Shown: piece by piece, positions 28,954-32,000 of the stretch | How positions within the stretch are numbered: position 1 is the first letter of the stretch | How the letters are laid out: every line of letters begins with the position of its first letter | Assembly (NCBI RefSeq): GCF_000196355.1 | Contig: NC_007614.1 | Coordinates: 1,050,001 to 1,082,000 of the forward strand | Direction: 5' to 3' | From: Nitrosospira multiformis ATCC 25196 | GTDB lineage: Bacteria > Pseudomonadota > Gammaproteobacteria > Burkholderiales > Nitrosomonadaceae | Length of the DNA stretch: 32,000 nucleotides | Made by a program: the position numbers and the translations under genes | The notes under the pieces: model-generated | What the model was told of the DNA's origin: nothing | The model's input: only the letters and a program-made list of their open reading frames with translations | Database searches by the model: none

Positions 28954-29855
28954 TATCGCTGGTTCAGCTTCGAGGACTGTTTCTGTTTGTACGTTCCGCC
29001 GATACCGTCTTTGTAATAGCGGAACTTATTGCGAAGAGTAGCTTTACTTATTGATTTATCTTCCTTACCAATCCGATAATTGAGCTTGTCACCGTCGATT
29101 TCATGCAACTGGATTGAAGGAGTTTTTACAGTTGGATTTTGGCATTCCTTCTCTATAACCGACCAGAATGCCTCGAAATTGTCGGGTTCGCGCTGTTGGC
29201 TGCACAGTTTCTGGTACAGTCTTCTAAAATGCCGATGAATGGGACTCAGAGATCCTCGTGTTCTTCCAGATGTAAAAGAAGCTTGCCGGCCTAGAAGCAC
29301 CTCAAGTGATGCCGTGTGATAGCGCAAGAGATGAGCTTTCAGTTGTGCGACGCATTCGATGATCCACTTTTTGTCACCCGGGGATTGCTGAATTGTAAGT
29401 GCCAAGTACAAGGCTTCCCCACATGCGAGTAACGCAGGATCGTAAACTTTCAACGCCTCACCTTTCGTATTTCCCTGCGGGTTCCTTGGCATTCTCCAGC
29501 AGCCCTCTCGGAGATCATTTAGGCGCCACCACATCTCCGCATGATCCTCTAGAGCCACCCTCAAGTCCGGGTCATCATCCAGCGTCCATCCCTCTGGTTC
29601 CCAAAACCTTTCATATTCAATAAAGGCTTCCCGCAGCTTCCTGATCAGAAAGGTAAGGGGATCGGCAGTAAGATTGCGCCATAGCTCGTCCTGATTGCCA
29701 TCCCAAGTCGTCTCCGGTTTCTCCAGCACCACCGCCGCTCTACACATCTCATCAAGCAATTCATTTACATGATCCAGTTCGTACAGGTCTTGAAATATGA
29801 TTGTTGCTTGCTCGCGCGGATATCGAGCGGGAAGGGTCTTTTTTTCCATTTCCAA
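28953..29855 (-). CDS. Hypothetical protein (300 aa)
   Basis: Long intact ORF with balanced composition (MEKKTLPARYPREQATIIFQDLYELDHVNELLDEM...). No family recognised. Confidence 0.75.
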   Translation of the reverse strand: MEMEKKTLPARYPREQATIIFQDLYELDHVNELLDEMCRAAVVLEKPETTWDGNQDELWRNLTADPLTFLIRKLREAFIEYERFWEPEGWTLDDDPDLRVALEDHAEMWWRLNDLREGCWRMPRNPQGNTKGEALKVYDPALLACGEALYLALTIQQSPGDKKWIIECVAQLKAHLLRYHTASLEVLLGRQASFTSGRTRGSLSPIHRHFRRLYQKLCSQQREPDNFEAFWSVIEKECQNPTVKTPSIQLHEIDGDKLNYRIGKEDKSISKATLRNKFRYYKDGIGGTYKQKQSSKLNQR

Positions 29856-30362
29856 CTACTTAGTGCATTCCTGTTCGAAAGGTCTTGATCGGGGCATCTT
29901 ATTTCCTTCCTTGGAGTGTGATAGCTACTAAATGTCATCTATCACACTCGCGTAAACCTCCTCCCAGTGGCTAGTCCATTAGGGGCGCATTGCTCTCAAC
30001 GCTGATTTAAGGGGAAGCTGCGAGATAATGACGAATTGATGCGTCTCGATTTGGTATTGGTTGAGCTGGAAGAAAACAGAGGGTAGCTCTAATTCCCTAG
30101 TGGGAATCTTTCTTCTTTTTGATGGAGATATATAAACAGTATCGTCTACACTTTGAACCCTAAGGCAATCCAGCGAATATGAACTATGGCATGAACGAGG
30201 CAAGTTCTTGGCGTAGCGCTTGCAAGCTTCAGGAAACTCTGAAAGCAGTTATTATCACTCAGTAGGCCGGAGATCAATAATTTGTCGAATAAAGGGGAGA
30301 TAGTTGAATTGAATCACTACTTGTAGGCGAGGCCGCATTTTAATTTTAGAAATTTAATAAAA

Positions 30363-31619
30363 CTAAATAGCCGTGACAGTGGCCCTCATGCTTTCGTCCT
30401 TCTTACAGTCCTGGAGCAGAAATACCCCTAGCAGGCGCCTTTTATCTTCAGGGGAAAAGGCCCGGATTTTTTGCTTATATCTCCGATTGAAATTCAAAAT
30501 TTTTTCGCTGATATACCTATCTAGGTTAATCATCAAGTGATCATCTGTACAAAAGGAATACGTGTTACCCCATCCTCTAATAGTGCTACTAACCTCATTT
30601 AGCGCATCCTTGTAAGTAGTTTTTTCGTTTATGCATCGGAGCGGACTACTGGATTTTTTAATAACCTTGTCAAATATTTCATTCACACGATCTCTAAGTC
30701 TTTTTATGCTCTTATCAGAAGGACGAATGCGGTCAGGTCTTACACTACATCCTAGAAATTCAAATCCTTTATTGGATACCCCATGCTCAGCCTTATCGGG
30801 AGAGTGACGAGGGTCATATACACTTAAGTTTAGTTTTTCCAAGAAAGCTGATGCGCTAGCAAAGGCTTTAAATGCTTTTGATTCACTTGGTGCAAACAAA
30901 ATGAAGTCGTCGATATATCGGATACAGACGATGCCTCGGGCATTCATTTTTTTATCAAAATCATCTAAAAGCAAATTGCAAAGTACGGGAGAAAGGCAGG
31001 AACCTTGAGCAACACCTTTTCCTTCCAATGGAAAAAGTTCCTTGTCACGGCCTAAGGTTATAAGATTACTCAACTCTGTTGTTGTTGCTTGAGTTAACAA
31101 CGTATTGAAATCATCATCCTTAGATGCAGAAGTAATAATTTCTAATGCTTGTGAACGAGGAATATTATCGAAGAAGGCACAAATGTCAGTTCGAATAAAA
31201 TAGGGCTTTTCCAGGGCTGTTTTATAAGCTTTGAGAATCGCTTGAGGTACACCGATTTCTGCAATTCCGCCAAAATTAAAACCAGAGTCTAATTTAGCTC
31301 GGACACTTGGAATTTCTTGTACAACATCTAGCAACGCTCGCTGAACAATGCGATTAGGAATGGGGGATATTACTATCGGTCGCTTTTTGCTAGGGTTATT
31401 CTTCTTCTTAACCGCGACCCCATAGCTTTGAGAAAACACGTACCGTTTTTCTCTCAACTGATCGGCAATCCGCCGAAGGTTTTTTTCTAATGAAAGGGAG
31501 AACTGCTCGATTTCAGTTCTAATTGTAGGCGATTTAGATGAAATACCGTTTTCGTATATGGACTGCCAAGCACTTCTTAGACGATTGTTACTGTACAGCT
31601 TGCGATAAAGCTCTGCCAT
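30363..31619 (-). CDS. Stand-alone reverse transcriptase (418 aa), group-II-like / unknown-group type
   Basis: RT motifs: KKRPIVISPIPNRIVQRALLDVV, FIRTDICAFFDNIPR, GKGVAQGSCLSPVLCNLLLDDFD, CIRYIDDFILFA, NKGFEFLGCSVRPDRIRPSDKSIKRLRDRV, and a thumb/X-like segment with IRGWGNTYSF. Confidence 0.92.
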   Translation of the reverse strand: MAELYRKLYSNNRLRSAWQSIYENGISSKSPTIRTEIEQFSLSLEKNLRRIADQLREKRYVFSQSYGVAVKKKNNPSKKRPIVISPIPNRIVQRALLDVVQEIPSVRAKLDSGFNFGGIAEIGVPQAILKAYKTALEKPYFIRTDICAFFDNIPRSQALEIITSASKDDDFNTLLTQATTTELSNLITLGRDKELFPLEGKGVAQGSCLSPVLCNLLLDDFDKKMNARGIVCIRYIDDFILFAPSESKAFKAFASASAFLEKLNLSVYDPRHSPDKAEHGVSNKGFEFLGCSVRPDRIRPSDKSIKRLRDRVNEIFDKVIKKSSSPLRCINEKTTYKDALNEVSSTIRGWGNTYSFCTDDHLMINLDRYISEKILNFNRRYKQKIRAFSPEDKRRLLGVFLLQDCKKDESMRATVTAI

Positions 31620-31673
31620 GATTTATTTTTGTTGGGGCTCCCATCGGCAAGCAACCCACCCGCTCAAGACACT

Positions 31674-31916
31674 TCATCTCTCAGGCGAAACCATAAATGG
31701 CCCAGCCTGGCCTAGGCACGTATTGCGTGCTTCGGCGTCCTCGTAACATTGTGCGGCTCCACCAGCTGGTGGCCCGCTAAGCACTAAAACCGAGACGATG
31801 ACAGCTAAGCTGTACAACCACTTCCGTAAAGCACGGCTGGCACGTTTTTGCTTGCGGTCTTTATCCTCATTGCCGTCTCCAATTCTATCGTTTTTGACTG
31901 CGTTGGCAACCGCAAG
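31674..31916 (-). CDS. Possible short membrane or exported protein upstream of the RT (open frame, start codon unclear)
   Basis: Frame reads LAVANAVKNDRIGDGNEDKDRKQKRASRALRKWLYSLAVIVSVLVLSGPPAGGAAQCYEDAEARNTCLGQAGPFMVSPER*. It has a basic N-terminal part and one hydrophobic helix. No convincing ATG/GTG start. Not in the ATG-based track. Confidence 0.35.
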   Translation of the reverse strand, partial: LAVANAVKNDRIGDGNEDKDRKQKRASRALRKWLYSLAVIVSVLVLSGPPAGGAAQCYEDAEARNTCLGQAGPFMVSPER

Positions 31917-32000
31917 TTAGCGTCGCCCTCCCCCAGAAAATAAGTCCTTCAACCGTCCGATGAGAGCCTCTATAAGGCTTTGCTCCGGTTAACTTTACAT

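Noticed and set aside
29979-30203. 74-aa minus-strand ORF between the 300-aa gene and the RT
   Set aside because: Short, no RBS or domain evidence. Not enough support for a CDS call.
30363-31619. Retron or diversity-generating retroelement
   Set aside because: No retron-specific motifs or clear msr/msd flank were found. The RT motif 4 is not of the DGR type, and I saw no template/variable repeat pair in the visible flank. Sequence beyond 32000 could change this.
1-32000. CRISPR array
   Set aside because: No regularly spaced short direct repeats with unique spacers were seen.

Overview
The window has three parts. (1) The left edge (1-225, +) carries the C-terminal end of a tyrosine recombinase. 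About 100 bp downstream is a tRNA-Leu-like 3' fragment (~328-380), read as an island or attachment-site boundary. (2) A minus-strand, operon-like run spans ~23995 down to 728. In transcription order it encodes a small PEP-CTERM protein, a giant (~5,200 aa) N-terminal LEPR-XLL repeat protein with an embedded vanadium-haloperoxidase/PAP2-like domain, a GAF-like + HlyD protein, a PqqD-like + M50 zinc metalloprotease (HELGH) + HlyD fusion, a shortened divergent SecA-like ATPase, and a stand-alone HlyD adaptor. No ABC transporter or TolC is in the window. The co-directional, tightly packed arrangement suggests a dedicated, SecA-paralog-based export system for a giant surface or secreted protein. 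This is the strongest novelty candidate. The giant gene contains a 1,555-bp near-perfect duplication (7755-9309 and 11802-13356, offset 4047 bp) with one difference found by eye. (3) From ~25.5 kb to the right edge is a P4/phage-satellite-like accessory region: Toprim/DUF3987-type primase-helicase, small Cys-rich protein, AlpA-like regulator, a 300-aa unknown protein, and a stand-alone reverse transcriptase (YIDD) with a membrane-protein-like reading frame and palindromes just upstream. All calls come from reading the sequence and recalled family motifs. No database search was run.
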